Shown here one piece after another: positions 26,895-37,653 of a stretch of DNA of 39,978 bases. The position numbers and the translations under genes are program-made. Each line of letters opens with the position of its first letter. The first letter of the stretch is position 1. Source of the DNA: Planctomycetota bacterium (GTDB lineage Bacteria > Planctomycetota > Phycisphaerae > WQYP01). The DNA lies in assembly GCA_021847065.1 (NCBI GenBank), contig JAJZVR010000003.1, positions 1 to 39,978 on the forward strand, read 5' to 3'. A model generated the notes under the pieces. The model ran no database searches and was not told the origin of the DNA. It worked only from the letters and a program-made list of their open reading frames with translations.

Positions 26895-29474
26895 GTGTTG
26901 CGCAGAAAACAGGGAGTCTTTGTCAGCTTAGCAAATCCCAATAAGCTCCGGTATGTAATGCGATGTGCTGCGTTGTTTCTGCTGGCGGCGGCCGGTTCTT
27001 CATGTACGGCTCAAGCCGGCGAGTATATCCCCGTTAAACTCACTGCTAAACAAGTGGATATGAAGGCCAATGCGTTGCTTAAGCAAATGACATTGCGGGA
27101 AAAAGTCCGCATGATGGCGTTTGAAAATATTCTCGATGTTCCCGGTGTTGAGCGGCTGCATATTCCAACGCTGGTCATGAGCGATGCTTCCATGGGGGTG
27201 CGCCGGTTTGGTGCCTCAACCGCATATCCCGCCTCTGCGGCTTTGGCCTCCACCTGGAATCGTAAACTGGCGTTTCTGGAAGGGCGGCAGATCGGCAGTG
27301 ATTGCCGGGCACGCGGCGTGCATGTCATATTTGGCCCGGGCGTTAATATTGTCCGCGAACCGCAAAATGGGCGGAATTTTGAGTATTTGGGCGAAGACCC
27401 ATTCCTGTCAGGACAAATGGCCGCCCCTTGGATCAGAGGTGTGCAATCCCAGGGAGTGGCGGCCTGCGTCAAGCATTATGTGGCCAATGAGCAAGAGACG
27501 GATCGCATCGATATTAATGAGATTATCAGTCGCCGGGCGATGGAGGAAATTTATCTTCCACCGTTCCGCGCAGCGGTGCGGCAGGGAGACGTGTGGTCCA
27601 TTATGGCGGCGTATGATCAGGTCAATGGTGTATATTGCACCGCCAGCAAGTTCCTGCTTACGACGGAACTTCGCAAACGCTGGGGCTTTAAAGGTGTGTT
27701 AATGTCAGATTGGGGTGCCTCCCATGCTACCCTGGGGCCACTGGAGGCCGGCATGGACCTGGAAATGCACCGTCCTATTTTTTATAACATGCTGACCATT
27801 CCACCCTTGCTGAAATCCGGCAAGCTGAAAATGTCAAATATCAATCAGCATGTCCGCCGGATATTGCGCATGATGGTGGCCCTGAACTTCCTGAATCGTC
27901 CGCAGAAAAAATCGGGAATACCCTTAAACAACCCGAAAAGTGCGGCTGTTGCGATGAAAGTTGCCGCTGAAGGAACGGTACTGTTGCGCAACAAGAACCA
28001 TTTCCTGCCGCTAAATACCGCTGCGATAAAACATATCGTCGTGCTGGGGCCCATGGCGTCGCCTGCTGTTACTACTGGCGGTGGCAGCGGCTACGTTATT
28101 CCCATTGCCAATCCGGTGAGCATGTTGGCGGCCGTAACAAAAGCCGCTGGAGCCAACGCGAAAGTTACGTACATTCCGTATCTCGGCCATGGCAGAGCCT
28201 ACTGGAGTCAGAGTGACTTTTATGCGCCCGATGGCACGCCGGGTGCAGAAGTGACATTCCTGGCAGCCAAATCAACGTCTGTTCCGCCGATGATCCATGA
28301 TGTAAAAAGTCTTAATTTAAGCTGGAAATATCCTGGTGAACTTCCGCCGCACGTTGGCTCCGGCTTTACCGCCCAGTGGGTCACCGAAATCAAACCTTCC
28401 AAAACCGGCGATTACATGCTCAAGTTCTTTTGCAGCGATGGCGCTGCCTATGTGTTCCTGAATAAAAACAAAATTGTTGAACAGTGGCGGCCCCGTCCGG
28501 TAATTCCGTTTATGGATGATTATCATTTTGTTAAAGGACATACCTATCAGCTTGTTATTCAACTGCAGCCCAATGCCGGGCCTGGTGAAATGAAGGTTGG
28601 TCTGCATCGCATACGTTATCCGCTTTTGACCAGTTACCAGCGGAAGCAAATTAAAGCCGCAGATGCGGTGATCACATGCGTGGGTTACGGCCCGCGACTG
28701 GAACACGAGGATTTGGACCGCACTTATCATCTGCCGTCATTTCAGGGTCGCTATATCGCTGCCGTTTCCAAACTCAACGTGCATCAGGTGGTGGTGGTGA
28801 ACGCGGGCGGGGATGTGGCGATGAGTCATTGGATTCATAAAATCGCCGGACTTGTTTATGCCTGGTATCCCGGTGAGAACGGTAACACCGCCGTGGCGGA
28901 TATTCTTTTCGGGAAAATCGATCCCAGTGGTCGCCTGCCGGACACGTTTGGTCGCAACTGGCGGCAGCAGCCCGCTTATGGCCATTATCCGGGCCATGAT
29001 ATTTACGGCTTGCATCCGGAAGTGCATTTTGCCGAGGGAATATATGTTGGATACCGCTGGTATGACAAAAAGCATATTCAACCGCTCTACCCCTTTGGTT
29101 ACGGGCTTTCGTACACCACATTTTCCATCGGCGGTCTGCATATCACGGCCAGCGGTTCCGGAAAAGCTCGCACCGTTACGGTTACCGCCAAGGTGACCAA
29201 CACCGGCCATCGATCCGGCGCGGAAGTGGTGCAGTTGTATATCCGTCCGCAGGAAGATCAGGCCGACCGCTGCGTGCAAACGCTCAAAGGCTTCAGTCGG
29301 GTGAATCTCCATGCCGGTCAAAGCAAAACCGTGACGATGAAACTGGATTGGCGTGACTTCGCTTATTTCAACAGCAACGCGAGCCATTGGGAAGTTCCAG
29401 CCGGTAAGTATCAAATTGCCGTTGGTTACAACAGCCGTGATATGGCTGCCACTGGTATGGTGTCAATGCCGTAG
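26895..29474 (+). CDS. GH3 beta-glucosidase with PA14 and Fn3-like domains, exported
   Basis: GRNFEYLGEDP, KHYVAN, MSDW, EGIYVGYRWYD, YPFGYGLSYT; signal-like LFLLAAAGSSCTAQA. Confidence 0.92.
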   Translation: MLRRKQGVFVSLANPNKLRYVMRCAALFLLAAAGSSCTAQAGEYIPVKLTAKQVDMKANALLKQMTLREKVRMMAFENILDVPGVERLHIPTLVMSDASMGVRRFGASTAYPASAALASTWNRKLAFLEGRQIGSDCRARGVHVIFGPGVNIVREPQNGRNFEYLGEDPFLSGQMAAPWIRGVQSQGVAACVKHYVANEQETDRIDINEIISRRAMEEIYLPPFRAAVRQGDVWSIMAAYDQVNGVYCTASKFLLTTELRKRWGFKGVLMSDWGASHATLGPLEAGMDLEMHRPIFYNMLTIPPLLKSGKLKMSNINQHVRRILRMMVALNFLNRPQKKSGIPLNNPKSAAVAMKVAAEGTVLLRNKNHFLPLNTAAIKHIVVLGPMASPAVTTGGGSGYVIPIANPVSMLAAVTKAAGANAKVTYIPYLGHGRAYWSQSDFYAPDGTPGAEVTFLAAKSTSVPPMIHDVKSLNLSWKYPGELPPHVGSGFTAQWVTEIKPSKTGDYMLKFFCSDGAAYVFLNKNKIVEQWRPRPVIPFMDDYHFVKGHTYQLVIQLQPNAGPGEMKVGLHRIRYPLLTSYQRKQIKAADAVITCVGYGPRLEHEDLDRTYHLPSFQGRYIAAVSKLNVHQVVVVNAGGDVAMSHWIHKIAGLVYAWYPGENGNTAVADILFGKIDPSGRLPDTFGRNWRQQPAYGHYPGHDIYGLHPEVHFAEGIYVGYRWYDKKHIQPLYPFGYGLSYTTFSIGGLHITASGSGKARTVTVTAKVTNTGHRSGAEVVQLYIRPQEDQADRCVQTLKGFSRVNLHAGQSKTVTMKLDWRDFAYFNSNASHWEVPAGKYQIAVGYNSRDMAATGMVSMP

Positions 29475-29630
29475 GGTTTTAAAATCTTTACACAATTTTT
29501 ATATTTTTGGGTTGGTTTGAGCTTGCGCATTGGGTAAACTTCTGGCTGTGGTAATCGCAACGACCATTGGAGCGATTCGTTAAATTCGTCGTCGAAAAGC
29601 CGCTTGAATGAAGCTGACCGAAGGTGACCT

Positions 29631-31814
29631 GTGCGCGACCCTATTTTGCAATTGCTCATGCAGATTGCGGTAATCTTGCTGACCGCCCGCGTGGTGGGTG
29701 GCATCATGCGCTTTATTGGCCAGCCGCGCGTGGTGGGCGAGATGCTCGGCGGCATTATTCTTGGCCCATCGGTTTTGGGGCTTTTGGACCATGGTGCCTT
29801 GCTAACCATGCTGTTTCCGGTGCACAAAGGCGTTGATCCATATCCATTTCTTAATGTATTAAGCCAAATCGGGGTGGTGCTGTTCATGTTCCTTGTCGGT
29901 TTGGAACTGGACATGAAGTTATTGCGCAATCAGGGCAAAGCGTTGATAATCACTGGAGGTACGAGTGTGGCCGGGCCGCTGGTGTGCGGAGTTCTTCTGG
30001 GGCTTTTTCTGTTCAAAGAATTTCACGGTCCAGGTGGCAATGATCTGGTATTTGCGCTATTTATAGGCACCGCCATGTGCATTACCGCATTCCCGGTGCT
30101 CGCTCGTATGATCACAGAGCGTAACATGCAACGCTCACGGGTGGGCACGTTCAGCATGGCATGCGGGGCGCTTAATGATGTGGTGGGCTGGTGTCTCTTG
30201 GCACTGGTAATCGCAATTTCCACGTCCGATGGATTGGGAAAACATAACGGCGGCAACCCGCTGATTTCCGCGCTGATGACACTGATTTGGACCGCCGTTT
30301 TTGGCGCATTTATGCTGTTGGTCATGCCTAAAATTCTCCGCCATTTACAAGGGATTTATGAACGCAGGGGATATTTATCTCAAGATTCGCTGGCACTGAT
30401 TATGCTTCTGGTGCTGGCCGCAAGCGCCATGACCGAGTGGATCGGCATTCAGGCGATTTTCGGGGCGTTTCTCCTGGGCATGGCCATGCCCGCTGAAAGT
30501 AAGTTTGTCCGGCACATAACGGATAAACTGGAAGATTTTATTCTGCTGTTCCTTCTGCCGATCTTTTTTGCCTATACCGGCCTGCGCACGAGCATTGGAT
30601 TACTGGACAATGTTCATCTCTGGAAAATTTGTTTACTGGTGGTGCTCATCGCCACCGGCGCAAAGGTCTTATTTTCCTTTTTCGCCGCCCGGATTGCCGG
30701 CCTGTCCTGGCGGCAATCCGGTGTGCTGGGATCATTGATGAATGCTCGGGGTCTGGTGGAACTTATTGTATTGAACATCGGCTTGAATCTGCATGTGCTT
30801 TCCCCTCAAATGTTCGCCATCATGGTGATTATGGCCCTTGCCACCACGTTTATCACCACACCTCTGTTGTATATGGTCTATTCGCCCGCTCGCCAGCGCC
30901 GAGAAGAAGCGGCGGAAAAGCCCGCGCCGATTCTTGGAGAATCCCGCGCACTGGTGACGGTTTCCTCACCTCAAACCGCGCCCGGTCTGGTGCGCGTGGG
31001 AACGTTGTTACTTGGCTCCGGGACCGGGAGACTCTGTGTGCTGCATCTTAACAACCCGGATGAGCATGAACGCCGCAGCAAGGCTTTTTATACGCCCAAT
31101 GATCCCGTTGAACTGGCCCTGCGGCAGGCTGCCGCCATGGATGTGCCGGTCAGCGCGGTAGGATTTGTCAGCACCGACTTTGCTTCTGATATTACACTTA
31201 CCGCCAATCGTTATGATGTGCGATGGATTGTGCTGGGCGGTCACCATGGCTTGTTTGCAACCTCCGCATTAGGCCGCATCGCAGATGAAGTAATTCTGCA
31301 TTCCAATCGGAATGTCGCCATTTTGGTAGAAAAGAATCTGCGCGCCGTTCAACGCATTATGGTTCCCTACATTGGAGAGAATCAGGATATTGGAGCGTTG
31401 CTGGCGGCGGATCAGATATCGCAGCGTCACGACGCGCGTGTGACAATTCTGCATGTCGTTAAGCCCGGAAGTCATGCCGATAACACTGATCGCATTGGCG
31501 TACAATCACTGGTGGATCGGCAGTTTGCCACGCCCGGGAGCACCCGGCAGGTCCGATTTCAGGTGGTGGAAAGTGATTCGCCCGTGGATGTCGTCGTGAG
31601 GGAATCGGCCAATTATGATCTGATTATTCTCGGTATTTCCGCACAGTGGCAACTCAAACAGAAAATACTCAGTCGCTCCCAGTCGTCCGTTGCGCAAGCC
31701 AGCGCCTGCTCTGTACTGGCCGTTCATGTCGGTGCTTCAATGGCCACGAGTGTTCCACCAGCAGCAAAGGCTGATGGTGACGTGCCTCAAGTCAATGAGC
31801 TTGCCACACTTTAG
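29631..31814 (+). CDS. CPA2-family cation:proton antiporter with C-terminal USP-like domains
   Basis: GQPRVVGEMLGGI, ITAFPVLAR, FFAYTGLRT, LMNARGLVEL; soluble USP-like tail. Confidence 0.88.
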   Translation: MRDPILQLLMQIAVILLTARVVGGIMRFIGQPRVVGEMLGGIILGPSVLGLLDHGALLTMLFPVHKGVDPYPFLNVLSQIGVVLFMFLVGLELDMKLLRNQGKALIITGGTSVAGPLVCGVLLGLFLFKEFHGPGGNDLVFALFIGTAMCITAFPVLARMITERNMQRSRVGTFSMACGALNDVVGWCLLALVIAISTSDGLGKHNGGNPLISALMTLIWTAVFGAFMLLVMPKILRHLQGIYERRGYLSQDSLALIMLLVLAASAMTEWIGIQAIFGAFLLGMAMPAESKFVRHITDKLEDFILLFLLPIFFAYTGLRTSIGLLDNVHLWKICLLVVLIATGAKVLFSFFAARIAGLSWRQSGVLGSLMNARGLVELIVLNIGLNLHVLSPQMFAIMVIMALATTFITTPLLYMVYSPARQRREEAAEKPAPILGESRALVTVSSPQTAPGLVRVGTLLLGSGTGRLCVLHLNNPDEHERRSKAFYTPNDPVELALRQAAAMDVPVSAVGFVSTDFASDITLTANRYDVRWIVLGGHHGLFATSALGRIADEVILHSNRNVAILVEKNLRAVQRIMVPYIGENQDIGALLAADQISQRHDARVTILHVVKPGSHADNTDRIGVQSLVDRQFATPGSTRQVRFQVVESDSPVDVVVRESANYDLIILGISAQWQLKQKILSRSQSSVAQASACSVLAVHVGASMATSVPPAAKADGDVPQVNELATL

Positions 31815-32107
31815 AAAAATATCGGTACGCCCGGGCCTCTGATTGCGGCCCGGACTTTACCATCCTGGCATACAACCTATGGCTTGCTAAAGAATACCGC
31901 AACGGCATCATGGAATATCAATTCACTCTGCGATACCATATCATCCGGGCTGATGGTGTATCAGTCGGCCCGGTTGGCCGTATGTGGTGGAACGCGGCGC
32001 TATTCGAACCTCCGGCGGTTTGAGATGGAACGCAACAGTGTGCGGTGGATTCGCGACAGTGTTCCGAGCTGAAAGTTAAAATAAACAAGTATCCATGAGG
32101 ACCTTAC

Positions 32108-33484
32108 ATGAACGAAAAAGTATTCAAGGCTTACGACGTGCGGGGGACTTACCCGGATCAACTAAATGAGGATATGGCCTGGAAAATCGGGTATGCGTGC
32201 GCCCAATTCATGCGGATGAATCTTACCGGATTGGATAAGGCCGACCCCAGGAAAAACATGGTCATTGTGGGCCGAGACATGCGCCTAAGCAGTCCATCGC
32301 TTAGTCAAGCGCTGATTGAAGGCATTCGCTCGACGGGCACGGGCTGTATTGATATCGGGATGATCGACACGCCGGTGATTTATTTTGCCATTAACCATCT
32401 GGGGTGCTGCGGCGGCATTCAAACCACAGCTTCCCATAACCCCGCAAACTACAATGGGTTTAAAATCAGCGGTGTCAATGCCCGGCCTGTCGGTGAGAAT
32501 ACCGGCCTTCAGGAGATCAAGCGATTGGTCTTTTCCATGCGGAAGAATCCGCCTGCGCAGTTTGGTGCTGTGGAACACATTGATCTTAAAATTCCTTACA
32601 AGGGCCATGTACTGCGGTTTCTGAAGATGGCGCGGCCCCTCAAGGTGGTCGTGGATGCCAGTAATGGTATGGCGGGAAAATTTATTCGTGATATTTTCAT
32701 GGATCAGCCTAACCTTAATATCATTCCCATGAACATGGAGATCACCGGTTCATTCAAGCATGAGCCGAATCCTCTGGTGGACGCGAACCTGCGACAATTG
32801 CAGGAAGCCGTGCTTTCCAACGCGGCTGATCTGGGCGTATGTTTTGATGGTGATGCCGACCGGTGCATATTTGTTGATGAACAGGCCCGCATTATCCGCT
32901 GCGATATTGCCACGGCATTGCTGGCCAAAGATTTCCTGAAAGCCAATCCTGGCGCGGCGGTGGTATATGATCTGCGCTCCAGCCGTGTGGTGAAAGAAGA
33001 GATTCAAAATGCCGGCGGCGTGCCACGACGCGAGCGCGTGGGCCATGCGTTTATGAAAAAGTCTCTGGCGGACAGCAAGGGTATTTTTGGGGGCGAGTTG
33101 TCGGGACACTTTTATTTTCGCGATAACTTCAACTGCGACAGCGGAGCTATTGCTTTTGCCTGCATGCTTTCGGTGCTGTCGCGTTATGACACGCCTGTAA
33201 GTCATGTGCTTAAGCCATTGCTTCGCTGGCACAGCAGTGGAGAAATTAACTATGAGGTATCTGATAAAGATGCCGCGATTGCCCGACTGGCGCAAATTTA
33301 CAAAGACGCGTCCATAGACTACCTCGATGGAATTACCGTGGAATATGACACCTGGTGGTTTAATGTCCGCAAAAGCAATACCGAGCCTTTGTTGCGTTTA
33401 AACCTGGAGGCCAATACGGCCGAAACGATGAAAAAGAAGCTTGACGAAGTTGGTCGGCTTCTTGGAACGCCAATATCGCACTAA
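32108..33484 (+). CDS. Phosphomannomutase/phosphoglucomutase
   Basis: FKAYDVRG, TASHNP, DGDADR, GGELSGH. Confidence 0.93.
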   Translation: MNEKVFKAYDVRGTYPDQLNEDMAWKIGYACAQFMRMNLTGLDKADPRKNMVIVGRDMRLSSPSLSQALIEGIRSTGTGCIDIGMIDTPVIYFAINHLGCCGGIQTTASHNPANYNGFKISGVNARPVGENTGLQEIKRLVFSMRKNPPAQFGAVEHIDLKIPYKGHVLRFLKMARPLKVVVDASNGMAGKFIRDIFMDQPNLNIIPMNMEITGSFKHEPNPLVDANLRQLQEAVLSNAADLGVCFDGDADRCIFVDEQARIIRCDIATALLAKDFLKANPGAAVVYDLRSSRVVKEEIQNAGGVPRRERVGHAFMKKSLADSKGIFGGELSGHFYFRDNFNCDSGAIAFACMLSVLSRYDTPVSHVLKPLLRWHSSGEINYEVSDKDAAIARLAQIYKDASIDYLDGITVEYDTWWFNVRKSNTEPLLRLNLEANTAETMKKKLDEVGRLLGTPISH

Positions 33485-33609
33485 CGCAACCCAGTTGGCG
33501 TATAGGAACTGTTGTTTTGAGCCGCACGCTCAAAGTATTAAATTTGCATGATGGCAAACGTCGGTTATGGCCAATCATTCCTTGAGACATTTTTTTACAG
33601 GGTGCATGG

Positions 33610-35064
33610 ATGTACCAAAAGCGATTTTCTTGCAAAGCGGTCCTTGGTGTGATGCTTTTCGCCGCGATGCTGATGGCGATGCCGGTCACCGCTCGAGCAG
33701 AAACGCTCGCCGGTCGGATCGCGGGCTTGTTAACCAATCCGCAACTGCGCGGCGGGCAGGTTGCGATTAATCTGGCGGAGTTGCGCAATGGGCGTGCCGT
33801 CGCTGTTTACAGTTATAATCCCGATTTGCCGCTTATGCCGGGTAGTTGCGGGAAATTGCTGACAACATCGGATGCCTTCGATCATTTGGGGCCGCACGGC
33901 ACGATACAAACGCGCCTGTACCGTGTGGGAGATAATCTGGTTATTGTCGGCGGCGGTGATCCGGCACTTGGTGATCCGGTACTATGCCAGCAGGCAGGCT
34001 GGAAAGTCACAACCGCCTTTGATAATTGGGCACAGCACCTCAAGGCGATGGGGGATAAGACATTTCATAATATATATGTCGATGATTATATTTTTAATCA
34101 TCATTTTCATGATCCATTATGGCCGGGAGGCGGGCAGCGGCTGGACTGGTATGAGGCCTCTGTAGGGGGGCTTAACTTTGCCATGAACTGCGTGCAGTGG
34201 GTACCGGTAGTCAACGGCAATGGCAGCATCGGCGTATCTTTAACGCCCAATACGCCATATACGCCCGTAACGATCGCCGCGAAGCGTGGCCCGCAAAGCG
34301 TCTGGCTCTGGCGGTCACGCGGTAATAATCACTTCTTTATGCACGGAACGGTCCGGCAAACCGGACAATATCCGATGCAGGTGACAATCCATGATCCCGG
34401 TCTATACACCGGCAATGTACTGCGGCAATCGCTGATCAATCAAGGAATTTCCATTTCGGGGCAGGTTTTGCGGGCGCCATTATCCGTGGTGGCCACCAGG
34501 GAACATGCGCAACCGGAATTGCTGGCCACCTATGAAACCCCACTTACCGCAATTCTCCATCGTGCCAATACCGACAGTATCAATTTAATGGCGGAATGCC
34601 TGTGCAAGCTTCTCGGTCATGATGCCACCGGTCAAAGCGGAAGTTGGCATAATGGTGATCGCGCCATCAAAGCTTATTTAGGAACACTGGGTATTCCGGA
34701 CAGTTGGGTCACTATGGTGGACGGGTCCGGTCTTTCACATCATGATCATGTAGCGCCGGCGGCGTTTACAACCGTGCTGGCGCATATCGCCTCTGAACCC
34801 GACGGCAGTGTTTTTATTCACAGCCTTGCACGGCCTGGCCACGGAACCCTCATTTACCGTCTGCGCGGCTCGGGAATCAGGCGGTTTATCCGCGCCAAAG
34901 ACGGTCATGTTACCGGAGCTTCCACCATCAGCGGATATATGTTTTTGCCGCACCGGCATTTTGTTTTCTCCATTATGGTCAATCACTATCGAGGCAACGT
35001 GAACGGTTGGGAGGATCAGGTTATCATCGCATTGTATCAATGGGCGGTGGGGCGGCTGCAATAG
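33610..35064 (+). CDS. dacB: D-Ala-D-Ala carboxypeptidase/endopeptidase (PBP4, peptidase S13)
   Basis: Signal peptide; SxxK (SCGK), GGGDP, SxN (SIN), DGSGLS; KDG in place of KTG. Confidence 0.85.
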   Translation: MYQKRFSCKAVLGVMLFAAMLMAMPVTARAETLAGRIAGLLTNPQLRGGQVAINLAELRNGRAVAVYSYNPDLPLMPGSCGKLLTTSDAFDHLGPHGTIQTRLYRVGDNLVIVGGGDPALGDPVLCQQAGWKVTTAFDNWAQHLKAMGDKTFHNIYVDDYIFNHHFHDPLWPGGGQRLDWYEASVGGLNFAMNCVQWVPVVNGNGSIGVSLTPNTPYTPVTIAAKRGPQSVWLWRSRGNNHFFMHGTVRQTGQYPMQVTIHDPGLYTGNVLRQSLINQGISISGQVLRAPLSVVATREHAQPELLATYETPLTAILHRANTDSINLMAECLCKLLGHDATGQSGSWHNGDRAIKAYLGTLGIPDSWVTMVDGSGLSHHDHVAPAAFTTVLAHIASEPDGSVFIHSLARPGHGTLIYRLRGSGIRRFIRAKDGHVTGASTISGYMFLPHRHFVFSIMVNHYRGNVNGWEDQVIIALYQWAVGRLQ

Positions 35065-35089
35065 GCCATCGAATCCTGTTGGAGCAATT

Positions 35090-36400
35090 ATGACTCTATC
35101 CAATCCAGATCAGGCTTCGCTTGTGCTTTCTGGTGCGGCAATATTGCCTGACTGCCATGCACTGCTATTCAATTCTGCAATTGCGGTAGTTGATGGGGTC
35201 ATTCAAGCCTGTGGTGATCGTTCACACATCCGGAGGCAGTTTGCCGGAATTCCTGAAGTCCATGTTGATGACTGCGTCTTGATGCCCGGATTTGTCAATG
35301 CGCACAGCCATCTTGAGTTATCATTTCTTGCAGGTCAGATTCCCGGCCCGGCACGTTTCCCGGATTGGGTTTTGCAGCTCATGGCTGCGTATCCTTACGC
35401 AGCCGATGCCCCAGACGTGTTCGCGGCATCAGCGTTGCTTGGAGCGCAGGAAAGCATCCGCTTGGGTGTCACAACAGTCGGCGACATTTCTCGTCAACAT
35501 GCTATCGTGCGGCCCGCCTTGCAGGCCACATCCCCGCTTGGCATTGTCAGTTTTGGTGAAATTACCGCGCTTGGAAGCTCGCGTGGGCAACTAGAGGCCC
35601 GGCTGGCGGCAGCGATGGATTGCAAAACCACCGATCGTTTCTCCATCGGCTTGTCTCCCCACGCACCCTATTCGGTGGAAGGACCGGCTTTGGAAACAAT
35701 CGTTAACATGGCCCGGAGATATCAACTGCCTTTATCCATGCACCTTGCAGAATTAAAGGAAGAACGCGATTTTCTCAGAGATTGTTCCGGCCCGTTGGGA
35801 AAAAGCTGGATGCTCATGAAGCGTTTGGATTTATTAGATGATCTGGTTCCGATGTTTGCCGATGGGCCAATCCAATGGGCGCAACATTACGGATTGTTCA
35901 ATGCCGGCGTGCCGGTCGTATTGGCGCACGTGAATTATGCTGATGATACTGACTTGGATATTCTGGCCGGAAGCGGGGCTGCGGTGGCTTATTGCCCGCG
36001 AACGCGACATTATTTCGGCCATGATGAAATTGCTCCACATCCCTGGCAGGATATGCGCAAACACGGGATACGGGTGTGTCTGGCGACAGATTCCATGGCC
36101 AGCAATCCGGATTTATCTCTTCTGCGTGAGGCGCAATTTTTGCAACAGCAGTGCCCATCGATAGATTCTCAACTATTAATTCAGATGATCACCACCGAAC
36201 CGGCGGCCGCTCTGGGGCTGGGACAGCAAATAGGTCGGCTCGCATCCGGATTTGCCGCAGATATCATCGCAATGCCCGTCCCGAGGAATGCTCTCGCTTC
36301 AGCGGCGAGCTTTTCCGATTATCTGGTGCGTGAGGCCCCATTGCCACGGAAAGTGTGGATACACGGACGTGAGGTATTTTCTGCAAGCCGATCCAATTGA
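35090..36400 (+). CDS. Amidohydrolase-family metal-dependent deaminase
   Basis: PGFVNAHSHLE, SPHAPYSV, MHLAE, LATDS. Confidence 0.85.
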   Translation: MTLSNPDQASLVLSGAAILPDCHALLFNSAIAVVDGVIQACGDRSHIRRQFAGIPEVHVDDCVLMPGFVNAHSHLELSFLAGQIPGPARFPDWVLQLMAAYPYAADAPDVFAASALLGAQESIRLGVTTVGDISRQHAIVRPALQATSPLGIVSFGEITALGSSRGQLEARLAAAMDCKTTDRFSIGLSPHAPYSVEGPALETIVNMARRYQLPLSMHLAELKEERDFLRDCSGPLGKSWMLMKRLDLLDDLVPMFADGPIQWAQHYGLFNAGVPVVLAHVNYADDTDLDILAGSGAAVAYCPRTRHYFGHDEIAPHPWQDMRKHGIRVCLATDSMASNPDLSLLREAQFLQQQCPSIDSQLLIQMITTEPAAALGLGQQIGRLASGFAADIIAMPVPRNALASAASFSDYLVREAPLPRKVWIHGREVFSASRSN

Positions 36401-36488
36401 TCGCCCATGCCAGCGGGCGCTTTGTTACCAAGTACACACTATTTGGCCCTATGGCACTTTGGTCTGCCCGGGCGATCCACGCCCATTA

Positions 36489-37031
36489 TTACTGTTGATT
36501 CAAAAGGGCCAGCGCCTGCCGCCACTCCATATAACGGTACGGAATCTGGAATTCCTCGTGCAGGGCTACAATTTTCTGGTGATAGTGCTCGTAGCGCTCC
36601 TGCTGCCAGGATTCTGCCGTGGTATCACAAAAGTAAATTCGGCACCCCAACGGGCGGGCGGCTCTTGCTGTACATAAGCCATCCATTTGCCACGGACAGC
36701 CCGGACTGAATTCTCCATGTTCCATATACAGCGGCAGCGGAAAAGTTATCCCACTGCGGAGTGCATCAGTGAATGGTTTCGCCTTTGTTTCGACTTCAGT
36801 GATGTGCTGAAAGGCCGCCAACTCCAGCGTGCTGACATATAGCCGATGTCCCCACGCTTCAAATTTGCAGCATCGCCCGCTGGTGTTGCATATCGGTTTG
36901 CGTTGGGCAATATCGTGATCCAGTTGTTCGTAAAGCTCCGCTAATTTCTCCAAAGCCTGCATCGGGATTGCATGAATTGCCTGTAAAAAGGAATCAAAGT
37001 TTCGTTGCGCATTCATCATGGTAGTATACAC
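36489..37031 (-). CDS. YkgJ-family cysteine-cluster protein
   Basis: CNTSGRCC...CPW...LC...RPLGCRIYFC. Confidence 0.8.
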   Translation of the reverse strand: MYTTMMNAQRNFDSFLQAIHAIPMQALEKLAELYEQLDHDIAQRKPICNTSGRCCKFEAWGHRLYVSTLELAAFQHITEVETKAKPFTDALRSGITFPLPLYMEHGEFSPGCPWQMDGLCTARAARPLGCRIYFCDTTAESWQQERYEHYHQKIVALHEEFQIPYRYMEWRQALALLNQQ

Positions 37032-37085
37032 GAAGCAACCATCGCACCGGGTTTGGCCGGCTGAAAGAAAATTGGCGTTGGTGCA

Positions 37086-37628
37086 TTATCCTGGCAATTT
37101 ACAGAAGCCCTGCGATGGAATATCCAGCGCTGAATTGAATTTGGAAGACAGGTTTTGAAACGCAATCAGGCCTGTGAGTTCCACAATCGTGTCCGCACTC
37201 CATTGCTTTTTTAGGCGATCGCGTAAGGCATCATCAACCGTATTTAGCGTCATGGCCTCGGCATACTCCAATGCCATAAGCTCTTCCGGTGTGAAGAGTC
37301 GGCTGTTTCGCCAATCCTGTAACGCATCAATTTTGTCCATTCCCACGCCGCGTTTGGCCAGTGTCGCCGAGTTGATATCCACACAAAACGCACAATGGTT
37401 AATCTGCGATACGCGAACGGTTACCAGGGAACGCAGCGCGGGCGGCAGCGGCGATTTACGCCGGTCCAATGCTCCATACAGCAGGGCAACGGTCGTGAAA
37501 ACCCACGGTGATCGCCCCCAAAGCAAACCCGGGTCCAGCACGCGCCCATACTTGCGTTTCTGCTTCCAGAAAAACAGCCGAATAAACCACGGATATTCCG
37601 AAATCGCCTTGGCGTTTACCGTTTGCAT
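37086..37628 (-). CDS. AhpD/carboxymuconolactone decarboxylase family protein
   Basis: RVSQINHCAFCVDIN CxxC motif. Confidence 0.85.
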   Translation of the reverse strand: MQTVNAKAISEYPWFIRLFFWKQKRKYGRVLDPGLLWGRSPWVFTTVALLYGALDRRKSPLPPALRSLVTVRVSQINHCAFCVDINSATLAKRGVGMDKIDALQDWRNSRLFTPEELMALEYAEAMTLNTVDDALRDRLKKQWSADTIVELTGLIAFQNLSSKFNSALDIPSQGFCKLPG

Positions 37629-37653
37629 ATCGAACCTCTGAAAGCATTATAGC

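Noticed and set aside
29475-29630. Ion-sensing or c-di-AMP riboswitch before the antiporter
   Set aside because: Only short hairpins; no consensus motif recognised.
31985-32016. Minus-strand GGTTCGAAT...TCCACCA resembling a tmRNA/tRNA 3' end
   Set aside because: T-stem cannot pair (GGAGG vs AGCGC) and spacing to ACCA is off by one.
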